A stretch of DNA of 64,000 nt from a virus. The translations under genes were made by a program, and so were the position numbers. The stretch is from positions 20,546 to 84,545 of IMG/VR virus record IMGVR_UViG_3300044710_000137. The stretch is one strand, 5' to 3'. The stretch's first letter is position 1. Each line of letters opens with the position of its first letter. Below, in pieces: positions 1 through 8,675 of this stretch. The notes under the pieces were generated by a model that saw nothing but the letters and a program-made list of their open reading frames with translations, did not search any database and was not told the DNA's origin.

Positions 1-181
1 CTACTTGCCGAACAGTTGCACTGACCTTACGCCGTAGCTGGAGTTTCCAATGGACATCAATAATCGCGAACTATCCGACTGGGACGATTGGGGAAGCGAA
101 GACGACGCGCCCTGGTGGTTCGGCCCGTGTTTCAGTCCAGCCCACCGTGCGCCGTGGCAAAAGCGTTGCCCCTCGACGACT

Positions 182-268
182 CGGGCATGCGGTAGGAGTT
201 GCCCGACACCCCAGCGTTCACCCATTGGCCTGACTTAACCCCGCAACAAACCGCCCGAAGCCCACCTA
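182..268 (-). repeat. family B element
   Basis: minus strand GGTGGGCTTCG...GGCCAATGGGTG...CCGCATGCCCG. Confidence 0.8.
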
Positions 269-315
269 TTTATAATTCCCTTCCCCTGTATTTCACTGTG
301 TAAGTAGAACTGTGT

Positions 316-648
316 CTATTGAGATTTCCGTCCGGACAAGAAGTGCGCGGTGGTCTCCTCTATTTGCTCGGGGGATGCCTGCGTCGGTCCAACTATAGTT
401 CGCGGCGCACCCAGACCGAGCTTCGATTCAATATCCTCTTGAATGGCGCGCATTTCTTCCGGCGTCGGTCTTCTCTTCCACATTTGCATGAAGGCCATGC
501 GGACCTCCGCTCCCACCGCCTTCATCGCTGGCGTGACGACGCACTTATTCCCCGTGTCCAGATGGAAGCAGGCTGGTTGTAATGTCTGATCTGCGCCTGA
601 GACATCCGGGTGGTGTGGAATCGCATGGATACCGATTATCTTCGCCAT
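316..648 (-). CDS. hypothetical protein
   Basis: 110-aa ORF with an AAGG RBS-like sequence; flanked by two B-family elements. Confidence 0.6.
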   Translation of the reverse strand: MAKIIGIHAIPHHPDVSGADQTLQPACFHLDTGNKCVVTPAMKAVGAEVRMAFMQMWKRRPTPEEMRAIQEDIESKLGLGAPRTIVGPTQASPEQIEETTAHFLSGRKSQ

Positions 649-658
649 CTATCAGCCT

Positions 659-750
659 TTTGTGAGCCTCGATTTACTTGTCCTCTCACGTTGCCATCGG
701 GGAACTGTAGCGCGCTTATCAGTCATGCGAAATCTCCCGCATGCCCGCCT
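659..750 (+). repeat. family B/C hybrid element
   Basis: TTGTGAGCCTCG...GCCATCGGGGAACTG (C-like)...CCGCATGCCCG (B-like). Confidence 0.8.
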
Positions 751-980
751 GGGGGATTGAGCGGCAGTTCAGCGACGTCCGGCAGCTCATACCGCGTGAA
801 GTGGGAATTGCCGCTATTCAGCCGGTTCATAAAATCCAGGTGGCGCCTGAAGTCCACCGACCGCGATCCGACTTCGCGGAGGATGGCGCCCCCGGCTAGA
901 CCCAACTGCCAGATCAGTCGCTGGTAATCCGCGCGGGTCATCTGGAGGATGACTTCATCGCCGTTTTCGGTGTAGGTCAT
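723..980 (-). CDS. hypothetical protein (likely start MTYTENG)
   Basis: ATGA overlap with the stop of the J-domain gene. Confidence 0.5.
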   Translation of the reverse strand: MTYTENGDEVILQMTRADYQRLIWQLGLAGGAILREVGSRSVDFRRHLDFMNRLNSGNSHFTRYELPDVAELPLNPPGGHAGDFA

Positions 981-1615
981 CCCGCCGCCTTCGCTTTGTC
1001 GCCAGCTTCCAGGATCGCCATCGCTTCTTGTAGCAGGTGAAATTGCTCCACGTTGGCCGTAGGTGCGTCCGGATGCCATTTCGCGGCCACCGCCCGGTAG
1101 GTCCGCTTACGCACCTCGATATCGTACAGCAGGGCGTCCTTACTGGCTAATCCGTGAACCGACAGAAACTGGGCAGCCGCATCCGCGCTCTCGAAATGCG
1201 TGCCCGCGCCCGGCGCCGCGATCTGCCGCCAGCCCTGGTACTGCTCGGCCCGTTTCGTGACTCCGTACCGATCTACCGCGCGCAGCGCTTGGAGAGATAG
1301 CCCGATGGCCCTAACGTTCGCCTGCCAGTCGGCATAGCGGTCGCACGGAAAGGAAAGTGGGCCATTGGCGCTCTCGAAGGTGAGGATCACGCCGGCGTCG
1401 GTGAACCTGGCGTTCGATTTCGGCCAGCCGTCGTTGCGGATATCCTGCCAGCCGATAGATGCTTGCAATACTACGTCTTTGGCGCGTAGCTTGGCCAGTT
1501 CGTATTCGAGGAGGTCGAGGGTTTTGATGTATGTAGAATTGAATGGGCTGGGCTTGCGCCCTCTGGTGCGCTCGCCCGGCCATTTCTCGATAGGCACAAA
1601 CCGGAGTTGAATCAT
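977..1615 (-). CDS. phage DnaJ/J-domain-containing protein
   Basis: C-terminal YR..AAKWHPD...F..LQEA J-domain motif; RAVDRYGVT..EQYQGW segment typical of phage J proteins. Confidence 0.8.
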   Translation of the reverse strand: MIQLRFVPIEKWPGERTRGRKPSPFNSTYIKTLDLLEYELAKLRAKDVVLQASIGWQDIRNDGWPKSNARFTDAGVILTFESANGPLSFPCDRYADWQANVRAIGLSLQALRAVDRYGVTKRAEQYQGWRQIAAPGAGTHFESADAAAQFLSVHGLASKDALLYDIEVRKRTYRAVAAKWHPDAPTANVEQFHLLQEAMAILEAGDKAKAAG

Positions 1616-1893
1616 CCCACCACCTGAATCAACGGCTCCTCGGCCAACGATTCAGCCTTCAACCTGGCGGACGCTTCCCGCAGCATGACGTTTATAGCCT
1701 TGGTGAAGCGCGTGTTATTTTCCGTCGCCGACGTCGCCATGGTGAATTCCGCCATCACGAATGCGAAGGCGTCGATAGATCCGTCGCAGACCGAACATAG
1801 GTCAGGCTCTACCCAGTAGCATCCCAAGGCGCAGCCGTTTTCCACCGTACACCCGCAGCTGCGGCAGACGCCGACAATAGTCTGCTCGCTCAT
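1612..1893 (-). CDS. Cys-rich zinc-finger protein
   Basis: CRSCGCT..C...CYWV..DLCSVC; similar to the ORF at 16109-16438. Confidence 0.7.
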   Translation of the reverse strand: MSEQTIVGVCRSCGCTVENGCALGCYWVEPDLCSVCDGSIDAFAFVMAEFTMATSATENNTRFTKAINVMLREASARLKAESLAEEPLIQVVG

Positions 1894-2441
1894 ACCTGGC
1901 TAGCCCCGCTTTTAGCTCCCGTCCCTTTCCCCCGCTGTTGAAACCTTGCATTCCACGCGCCCATCATAGCTGCGTAAAATTGTTCTGTCCCGTGGCCCTC
2001 CGCTCCAATCAACTCGCCGTCTTTCCCTGGGTTGTCGTGTTTGAATCTCCCTAGCGCTATCGAGCGACCCTTGTTCCGTGAGAATTGGTCATCCACGGAG
2101 GATGTGGCCTTGTGTATCATGCGCTCGTTCCATTTGCCGGTTACCAGGTCCAACTGCATTAACCGGCAGACCGTTTCCCATGTGGTTTTCGTGCGGGTGA
2201 TCGAGATCTGTTCGTTGGGACCCCGGCGAAGCTGCGCTAATCTTTCACCTCCCCGAGGCTGGTCGATTTCAATTCCCAGGATAACGGGACCTTCGGCATT
2301 CAGCGCGGTCACCTTCGTTGCACCGGTTGCAAGCCAGACTTCACCCTTGCGTCCGATCTCTATTTCTCGGGTGACTTCTTTCTTTTGGTACCTAAAACCG
2401 AATCTATACTTCTGGCCGTTGAAGTCAAATTGCATATTCAC
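1890..2441 (-). CDS. hypothetical protein
   Basis: 183 aa, translationally coupled within the leftward operon. Confidence 0.6.
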   Translation of the reverse strand: MNMQFDFNGQKYRFGFRYQKKEVTREIEIGRKGEVWLATGATKVTALNAEGPVILGIEIDQPRGGERLAQLRRGPNEQISITRTKTTWETVCRLMQLDLVTGKWNERMIHKATSSVDDQFSRNKGRSIALGRFKHDNPGKDGELIGAEGHGTEQFYAAMMGAWNARFQQRGKGTGAKSGASQV

Positions 2442-2743
2442 ACCCTCTTGTCTTTAGTGAGCCTCGTTGCTTTGGTTGCCCGGGTGGCATCCAGGCCAAT
2501 GGTGGATGATTGTTTGTTGCGCGCCTTTGGCCGCATGCCCGGCTGGGGGTTGGGTGGCATAGTAATCACGGCGTAAACCGTGGTCCGCTCTATTCTGCCG
2601 ACTACGTATGGGCGCCCTTGCTTGGTGACCGTTGTCAGGACCGCCGGCACATCGCCTTGCATTATTACCGTGATTGTGCGCCCTCCGTGGAGCGGCGAGA
2701 GCGTGACGCGGTATCCCTCTCCGGGTTCTATCCTCATCCTCAC
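2438..2743 (-). CDS. hypothetical protein
   Basis: coupled overlaps at both ends; its 3' end contains a B element. Confidence 0.5.
   Translation of the reverse strand: MRMRIEPGEGYRVTLSPLHGGRTITVIMQGDVPAVLTTVTKQGRPYVVGRIERTTVYAVITMPPNPQPGMRPKARNKQSSTIGLDATRATKATRLTKDKRV
2454..2545 (+). repeat. family B element
   Basis: GTGAGCCTCG...GGCCAATGG...CCGCATGCCCGG. Confidence 0.85.
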
Positions 2744-2916
2744 GCGATGACTCTCTTTTTAGGCGTTCGCTTTGTCTTCTTGTCCGCCGCGGCCTTCTTG
2801 GGCCAGCGGGCAGCAGCACCCTTGCGCCCGATGGCGCTCAACTCTTCAGTGCTGAGGTTGTGGGCGCGCGCCTTCCCGCCCAGCTTGCCGATCTTCGCGG
2901 TGTCGATCAAGGCCAT
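2740..2916 (-). CDS. small basic putative DNA-binding protein (58 aa, below the ORF-track cutoff)
   Basis: MALIDTAKIGKLGGKARAHNLSTEELSAIGRKGAAARWPKK..., a GG.ARA..LS...KAA.ARW-type motif. Confidence 0.7.
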   Translation of the reverse strand: MALIDTAKIGKLGGKARAHNLSTEELSAIGRKGAAARWPKKAAADKKTKRTPKKRVIA

Positions 2917-2933
2917 AGTCTTTCAATTTGACA

Positions 2934-3048
2934 GACGGCGGGCGGGAGTCGAACCCGCGCTGGCCGCGAAGGAGCTTCCGGCTGCCCCCGCACGGCCTTG
3001 ACCTTGGTTCGTAGCCAAGCGCTCTGAAATCCACTGAGCTACCGCCGC
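2934..3048 (-). tRNA. tRNA-Arg(ACG) with a 44-nt variable region
   Basis: acceptor GCGGCGG/CCGCCGT; D stem GCTC/GAGC; anticodon arm CTTGG-CTACGAA-CCAAG; T arm GCGGG-TTCGACT-CCCGC; no encoded CCA. Confidence 0.85.
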
Positions 3049-3056
3049 TATTCCGA

Positions 3057-3157
3057 ATTGTATGCCTAGTCGGCATGCAACGTCAAGCCTAGCCGCTACG
3101 CTATTGAAAACGCACAGTAAACAACTATTGACACTACCTAGCCGCTAGGCATATACT
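3057..3157. promoter_or_regulatory. divergent sigma70-type promoters with three operator-like repeats
   Basis: minus TTGACG-N18-TACAAT; plus TTGACA(3128)-N18-TATACT(3152); CCTAGYCG-type 13-mers at 3065, 3088, 3137. Confidence 0.7.
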
Positions 3158-3180
3158 TGTGTCTGGAGGTACACATAACG

Positions 3181-3453
3181 ATGACCGATAACGCGAAACG
3201 GCGAGGGGGCGACGGGGTGAACCGGCGAAGCCTTACCGAAAAGCGGTACACCAACATCCTCGATGCCATGGCGATCACGCACAGGATGGTCGAGATTCTG
3301 GACAGCCGCGTGAAGATTCTTGAGTCTCTAGTCCCGCGCATGGAATGGCTCGACGATCAAATAACCACCTACCTCTCTAAGCAGGATCCAGCGATCCGGC
3401 GCGGAGCGACGGGCGCGGCATCAAACCCAAAAGACTTGAAAGGTGGAAATTAA
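3181..3453 (+). CDS. hypothetical protein
   Basis: GGAGG RBS; first gene after the rightward promoter. Confidence 0.55.
   Translation: MTDNAKRRGGDGVNRRSLTEKRYTNILDAMAITHRMVEILDSRVKILESLVPRMEWLDDQITTYLSKQDPAIRRGATGAASNPKDLKGGN
3387..3426 (+). repeat. family A hairpin element
   Basis: CCAGC-stem-GCGGCATCAAAC. Confidence 0.85.
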
Positions 3454-3927
3454 ATGACTCATCAACAACCCCTCGCCTTACCATCCGCCCCCCTTCAGTG
3501 CATGCACTGTGGCGGCACTCGCTCCTCAGTAGAACTGGAACGCCAAACCATCGACACCCGTTTCACGCGCTACTCCAAAGGACTGCCCTGGAGTAAAGCA
3601 CCCTGCTGTGAACCACCGGATATCGAAGCCCCTTTGCTCGACGACGAAGCCACCGTTCTGCGCTGCCCGGAATGCGCCGGCGAGGACTTCGATATCCGCT
3701 CCTACGATTTCGGCACCGACAACCAAACCGGCTACCACGACGCCGGCGAACGCTATGAATGCTCATGCGGCGCAACCGGCGACGCGGCGGACCTGGAGCG
3801 GGTAACCATCGTCCTCAATCACGAGCTGGCTCCGGAGTGGCCCGAGATCCCCGTGTTGAAGCCCATCGGCGTGAAGGTGCATAAGTTCACGGCGCCGGAA
3901 TTCACCAAGCTGCCGGAGGTGGCGTGA
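3454..3927 (+). CDS. zinc-ribbon hypothetical protein
   Basis: several CxxC motifs. Confidence 0.6.
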   Translation: MTHQQPLALPSAPLQCMHCGGTRSSVELERQTIDTRFTRYSKGLPWSKAPCCEPPDIEAPLLDDEATVLRCPECAGEDFDIRSYDFGTDNQTGYHDAGERYECSCGATGDAADLERVTIVLNHELAPEWPEIPVLKPIGVKVHKFTAPEFTKLPEVA

Positions 3928-4141
3928 TGCGCCCAAAACGCCCCAACCGTTTCGGAGTAGGCCAAGCGGGCCCAGGCTTCAAGATGGACGCGCCAGGGCC
4001 GGGTAGGGTGATAGTTGATCGCCCGCAAGTCATCGCGCCCTATCTATCCCGATGCTGCGGTGTTGCTACCAAGTTCGTCGCCCGGCGCGGAGAGCGGGAC
4101 CTTCGCAGGTGCGGCCAGTGCGGCCAGGAGGATATTTACTG

Positions 4142-4495
4142 ATGACCATCGTTATCCGAGGCTTCATAGGCCAGAAGTGCGTATTCGAAGACACCCTGGA
4201 CCTGGACACCCAAAAGGAATTAGAAGCCATCATCCCGCAAATCGCCACCAAACACGCGGAGCTGCTCATGGACTCACCGCACATGATCGAAATGGAATTC
4301 CTGGACGATCCCGACCCCGCCTCCCGATTCTTCCGCTTCGGCACCGATCCACGCGGGATGGTGTTGCCTGTCGAACTAAACCTGCCGCCCTCGCCCGAGG
4401 GTCTACCAGCAACCGGCGCGGATGCGACGGGTGCGGCAGCAACGACTGAAGATTTTAATGGTGGTGAAGACGACACCGAACGAGGGAGGCGCTGA
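4142..4495 (+). CDS. hypothetical protein
   Basis: GGAGG RBS; MTIVIRG start. Confidence 0.6.
   Translation: MTIVIRGFIGQKCVFEDTLDLDTQKELEAIIPQIATKHAELLMDSPHMIEMEFLDDPDPASRFFRFGTDPRGMVLPVELNLPPSPEGLPATGADATGAAATTEDFNGGEDDTERGRR
4405..4443 (+). repeat. family A hairpin element
   Basis: ACCAGC...GCGGCAGCAAC. Confidence 0.85.
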
Positions 4496-4849
4496 ATGCC
4501 CCTCGTTCCCAGCTTCGACGATCTACTCCGGAAAATAGACGGGCGCATCGACAAATTTCTGGAGCCGCCTTACGACAAATACCTCCAACCCGCCGAAGGG
4601 CACCTGGAAGTGGGTCTGCTGCGGCAGGATCTATTGGCCTCAATAGGCGACGATATCGACGAGTACAACGCCGGTGCGTTCGTGGATATCGAACTAGAAG
4701 CCGAACCCCGCGCCGACGGATGGGATTTGAGATGCAGATTTCATAAAAACTGGGCACCGCGCCACCTGGAAAAGAAGGACGGCTGGACACAGGCTCTCAT
4801 AAACCAACTGGAACGGATCATCAACGAACTGCCTGGGGAGGGTCAATAA
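4496..4849 (+). CDS. hypothetical protein
   Basis: GGGAGG RBS; adjacent in operon. Confidence 0.6.
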   Translation: MPLVPSFDDLLRKIDGRIDKFLEPPYDKYLQPAEGHLEVGLLRQDLLASIGDDIDEYNAGAFVDIELEAEPRADGWDLRCRFHKNWAPRHLEKKDGWTQALINQLERIINELPGEGQ

Positions 4850-4881
4850 ATGTCGGTAGATCTACCCCGCGACAAATGGGA

Positions 4882-4920
4882 CCCAGCGCGGGACGCGGCG
4901 GCGGCACGCGCGGCATCAAC
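4882..4920 (+). repeat. family A hairpin element
   Basis: CCAGC...GCGGCATCAAC. Confidence 0.9.
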
Positions 4921-4948
4921 CCCTAAAGATTTTCAGGATGGTGAATAA

Positions 4949-5164
4949 ATGTACTTCACCCTTGAACTGAATGGAAAAAGAGAAATGGTAAAAGCCAGGA
5001 AAGGAATCTCTATCGGTCAAGTAACTCAACAAGCCTTCGGACCAACGGATAAAGACGCGCGAGTAGTCATCGCCACAAATCATCGGGATACGGCCCTCGG
5101 TGCTCTGTGTAAATGCTGGCCGCTATTCGATGAGCATAAGGAGGCTCATTATGGAAGTGCTTAA
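4949..5164 (+). CDS. hypothetical protein
   Basis: start directly after an A element. Confidence 0.5.
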   Translation: MYFTLELNGKREMVKARKGISIGQVTQQAFGPTDKDARVVIATNHRDTALGALCKCWPLFDEHKEAHYGSA

Positions 5165-5717
5165 ATTGCAAACGAACGTGCCGGTTCAGGTGGCATTCAA
5201 ATACCCCACCGGCAAGCCCTGCGACGGCCTGAGCGGCCCGCAAAAGATGTTCACCCTCATAGACGGCCGCATTCTCTTTTTATCGGTGCCGGCGGCTGAG
5301 CGGATCGAGCAGCAGCTCGGGGCGTTGGGGGTAGGAATCGGCGATGTGGATATATGCAAAGCGGAAGTCAGGAACGGCAACCGCAAAGGGATCGAGTATC
5401 AGGTCAAGCGGGTAAATCCACCCGCTCCACAAGACAACGGCGCGAACGGAGTCAAGCCGCCCGCGCCGCCTACGCCAGTTTCGCAACCGGCGCCTCGCTC
5501 AGATGGACAATCCAATGGTAACGCAACCAACGGGCATGCGGCCAATGGGAATGGCGCGAAAAGCAAATTAGGTACGGTTCTCTGCGAGGTCATCGACGCC
5601 TGCCACCAGGGAAGGCAGCACGCCAAGGATATCGGCTACGAAATGCCGGTATTCAACGGCGACGAGATCGTACGGATGGTCAATACGGTCATGATCCAGA
5701 ATGGAGGCTCCCGATGA
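5151..5717 (+). CDS. hypothetical protein, possibly a recombination or ssDNA-binding partner of the nuclease
   Basis: AGGAGG RBS; low-complexity linker; coupled to the PD-(D/E)XK gene. Confidence 0.55.
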   Translation: MEVLKLQTNVPVQVAFKYPTGKPCDGLSGPQKMFTLIDGRILFLSVPAAERIEQQLGALGVGIGDVDICKAEVRNGNRKGIEYQVKRVNPPAPQDNGANGVKPPAPPTPVSQPAPRSDGQSNGNATNGHAANGNGAKSKLGTVLCEVIDACHQGRQHAKDIGYEMPVFNGDEIVRMVNTVMIQNGGSR

Positions 5718-6517
5718 GCGCCGCGGCCGTTATCCCCATTACTACCGGCGTGGCCGATATTCTCTCGCCATCCCAGGTGAGCACCTTCCGCGACTGTGAG
5801 GCCCGCTGGGCGTACAAGTACCTCATAGGCCTCCCGGACCAGTCGAGCCCCGCCTTGGCCCTGGGAACCGCCGTAGACACGGCTATAAAAGCGACGTGGC
5901 ATCACAAACTGGACACCGGCATCGACCTACCCGTCGACGAGCTCGTGGAAATCTTTGCGGCCAAGTGGCTGGAAGAATCCGCGGAAGTGGAATTCACCCC
6001 CAAACAGGACAAAACCGAAATGGCCGCTCAGGGTGCCACCATGATCGATATCTACATGCGGGAAGCCGAACCAGCCATCCACCCCCGCGATGTAGACCTG
6101 GAGGTCCGGGGCAAGATCGCCGGCGTCCAGGTGCGCGGCTTCGTGGACCTGATCGACATTTCCGGCCGGGTAATTGAATTGAAGACTGCCGGCCGGACGC
6201 CATCGAATATCAGCCCCAACCACGCCTTCCAGTTGGCCACCTATGCACAACTGGCTCCGGATGTTAGCCCGCAAATGCGGGTGGATACTCTGGTCAAGCT
6301 GAAGAAACCCAAACTGGTGCAGATCGAGCACGAAATCACGCTGCCCGATTACCACTACCTAAGGTCCAGCTACCCCCTCGTGCAAGAAAAAATGCGCGAG
6401 GGTTTATTTGATTGCAACCGGAATAGTTGGCTTTGCCGTAGGGGTTCCTGCAGTTACTGGCAACGTTGCGAAGCCGAGTACGGCGGAATTGTGCCCGGCG
6501 GGGATGGTGACGAATGA
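5714..6517 (+). CDS. PD-(D/E)XK nuclease (RecB/Cas4-like exonuclease)
   Basis: LSPSQ...C, G.VD....IELKT, QLATY and a C-terminal Cys cluster. Confidence 0.88.
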   Translation: MSAAAVIPITTGVADILSPSQVSTFRDCEARWAYKYLIGLPDQSSPALALGTAVDTAIKATWHHKLDTGIDLPVDELVEIFAAKWLEESAEVEFTPKQDKTEMAAQGATMIDIYMREAEPAIHPRDVDLEVRGKIAGVQVRGFVDLIDISGRVIELKTAGRTPSNISPNHAFQLATYAQLAPDVSPQMRVDTLVKLKKPKLVQIEHEITLPDYHYLRSSYPLVQEKMREGLFDCNRNSWLCRRGSCSYWQRCEAEYGGIVPGGDGDE

Positions 6518-6653
6518 GCGCCAAACCATCCGTTCTTCTCGATGAGCCCAGGGTTGAGTCGCGCACGTCCACTCCCCTATTGCTCTGGTGGACTCTTTTG
6601 ATTGGCGTAGTCCTTGGGTGTGGATGTACATTGTTAGCTGTTTGGAGCCTTCA

Positions 6654-7016
6654 ATGAAAGCAAAAAGCAAATCAGGCAAATCAGTTGTTGATGCCGCCGG
6701 GGTCACGCCAGTGCCCCCGGCTGGTAGAACCGCACCGTCGCTTAAAGAGGCACCACCCTTTACTAGGGCGCAGAAAGACGAGGTGCTGCTCCTTGTATTC
6801 AGTATTTTATCCGCGGCTCACGGAATTGTGGAGGCGGCTATCGAAGACCGGGCTATTTCGGCACATGACGTCGAGTCTTACTACGGCACTTGGACCGAAC
6901 TACTCTGCACGGTGGACGGCGGCTATTATCAGGGTAGTTTGCTACGCGGCGATCTCTTCGACGACATCGAAGCCCGCTGCTTTCCTGGTGTGAAAATCAA
7001 AGGCGGCCCAGAATGA
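6654..7016 (+). CDS. hypothetical protein with an A-element-encoded N-terminus
   Basis: GGAG RBS; MKAKSKSGKSVVDAAGVTPVPPAG. Confidence 0.6.
   Translation: MKAKSKSGKSVVDAAGVTPVPPAGRTAPSLKEAPPFTRAQKDEVLLLVFSILSAAHGIVEAAIEDRAISAHDVESYYGTWTELLCTVDGGYYQGSLLRGDLFDDIEARCFPGVKIKGGPE
6687..6725 (-). repeat. family A hairpin element
   Basis: GTTGATGCCGC...GCTGGT on +. Confidence 0.9.
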
Positions 7017-7366
7017 CGCGTCTCACCAAGCCCGTCAAGCGCGAGGCTGCCACCGGGAGCCACGGCGGCAAGAAGTACAACCCGGAGGCCTACTTCCTTG
7101 AGCAATGTGGCTGGCGCATCGCTGCGAACGGCCAGTGGCTGAAACAAGGCTGGTACTTCACCGCAGATGAAGCTATGACCGTGCAGGTCGCGCTGGATGG
7201 CGGTGTGCTGAAATACCTGCCTCTGAAGCGTGATGCCACGCCGATCATGCAGCACAAGATTCGGGCCATCACCGAAGCCTGCCGAAAGCCGGAACCAGCG
7301 GCGGACACGGCCGTGGCCGACGCAGCTCCAAACAATAATCTTCCTGAGAAGCGAGGCCCAGAATGA
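7013..7366 (+). CDS. hypothetical protein
   Basis: ATGA coupling at both ends. Confidence 0.6.
   Translation: MTRLTKPVKREAATGSHGGKKYNPEAYFLEQCGWRIAANGQWLKQGWYFTADEAMTVQVALDGGVLKYLPLKRDATPIMQHKIRAITEACRKPEPAADTAVADAAPNNNLPEKRGPE
7294..7333 (+). repeat. family A hairpin element (degenerate tail)
   Basis: ACCAGC-stem-GCAGCTCCAAAC. Confidence 0.7.
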
Positions 7367-7710
7367 AAGAAAAAAGTAAATCAGGCAAATCATTTGTTGA
7401 TGCCGCCGGGGTCACGCCAGTGCCCCCGGCTGGTAAACCTGACAAGACTAACCTTCCGCCTATGAGTAGCCGAATACACCTCGCCCGCAGGTCGCCCTCC
7501 GGAAGACCGCAAGGACCTCTCCGGCTGGTTGCTCAGCACTTAGGTGGTTCCGGCACTGTAATTCTGGAATGCGGGCATCGGATTTATCGCGACACCACCC
7601 ACGATAAGCGGCGCCGATGCCCGGTCTGCCCGACGCAGCACCAAACAAAAAGCCTCTTACAAAACGGAGCAAGAAATGACGCGCCTCACCCGCCTCACCA
7701 AGCCGGTTAA
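7363..7710 (+). CDS. hypothetical zinc-ribbon protein
   Basis: LECGH...RRRCPVC; N-terminus shared with the 6654 gene. Confidence 0.55.
   Translation: MKEKSKSGKSFVDAAGVTPVPPAGKPDKTNLPPMSSRIHLARRSPSGRPQGPLRLVAQHLGGSGTVILECGHRIYRDTTHDKRRRCPVCPTQHQTKSLLQNGARNDAPHPPHQAG
7396..7434 (-). repeat. family A hairpin element
   Basis: identical to the 6687 copy. Confidence 0.9.
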
Positions 7711-7892
7711 GCGCGAAACTGCCACGGTCGTGCGCCACCGCGCCCTCATGGCCGAATTGCACGCCGGTTACCTGACGCTCCGCGAGAAAAGGGCGCCGCG
7801 CCGGCGTATCGGTCGATTACCGCGCCATCTACGACCTGGGATGGAAGATGCTGGCGCGCCAGAAGGCGGCGGAAAGGAAGGCTGCGCGATGA
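7676..7892 (+). pseudogene. small gene with an apparent +1 frameshift (or read error) in the A-run 7787-7790
   Basis: removing one A gives ...LREKGRRAGVSVDYRAIYDLGWKMLARQKAAERKAAR*, ending in an ATGA overlap at 7889. Confidence 0.55.
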
Positions 7893-8314
7893 ATGCTATC
7901 AAACTTATCTTGGACCTTCACAAGCACGACGGCGCCGATCCAGTATCAAAGCTCCCCGGCCTCTGGGAACGCAAACTCGACGACCGGTGGACGTTCTGGG
8001 TAAACGGCCACATGGAACCGCTACCCGTTCCGCACGATGCGGGCGCCCCGGAAATGCGCGTGCTGCCCGGTGAATGCTACGTCGAATACAACGGCTGGCC
8101 GGCTGCCACATTTTCGATAATCTGCCCCGGAGATGGTATTTTCGCCGCTGGCTCAGCCGCCAACTACCACACGTTCTGTGCGGCACTCGAAGCAGCCCTA
8201 TTGTCACCCATCTGTACCAGCGGAACTCCCCCGACAGCCAAGCCGGGCTCAGCTCCGGGTCTAACTGGCGATTTCCAACGCCGCAAAGCTCACAAGCAAA
8301 AAGGAGTGGATTGA
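7889..8314 (+). CDS. hypothetical protein
   Basis: MNAIKLIL start with AGGAAGG upstream. Confidence 0.6.
   Translation: MNAIKLILDLHKHDGADPVSKLPGLWERKLDDRWTFWVNGHMEPLPVPHDAGAPEMRVLPGECYVEYNGWPAATFSIICPGDGIFAAGSAANYHTFCAALEAALLSPICTSGTPPTAKPGSAPGLTGDFQRRKAHKQKGVD
8216..8295 (+). repeat. family C element
   Basis: ACCAGCGGAA...CGACA...CAGCTCC...GCGATT...AAGCTCACAA. Confidence 0.85.
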
Positions 8315-8315
8315 A

Positions 8316-8675
8316 ATGCTAAACCTCAGCACCCTTGTATATCTAATAACAGGTAGTATCCAACCCAGAAGGAAGAAGCGTAAGAAATTCCGTTCCCACC
8401 CAAACCGCTCAAAACCATACTTGGCCTGGATACGGACGCTCGATTGCCTCGTCCCCTTCTGCGAGTTCAAACCGATTCAAGCAGCCCACACTGGATCGGA
8501 CGGAGGAACCGGTATTAAGGCATCCGACTGGAGCGCGGTCCCATTGTGCCTGATTCATCACGCCCTCTATCACCAGATTGGCAAGCGGGCATTCGCAAAA
8601 CGGTATCGCCTCAATTTCCAGGCTATCGTAGAACGGCTGAACGCGATCTTTAAGAGTGGGGAGCGTGCGGCATGA
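8316..8675 (+). CDS. DUF968-like HNH-type nuclease
   Basis: YLAWIRTLDC...C...AAH...KASD...VPLC..HH..YH. Confidence 0.8.
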   Translation: MLNLSTLVYLITGSIQPRRKKRKKFRSHPNRSKPYLAWIRTLDCLVPFCEFKPIQAAHTGSDGGTGIKASDWSAVPLCLIHHALYHQIGKRAFAKRYRLNFQAIVERLNAIFKSGERAA

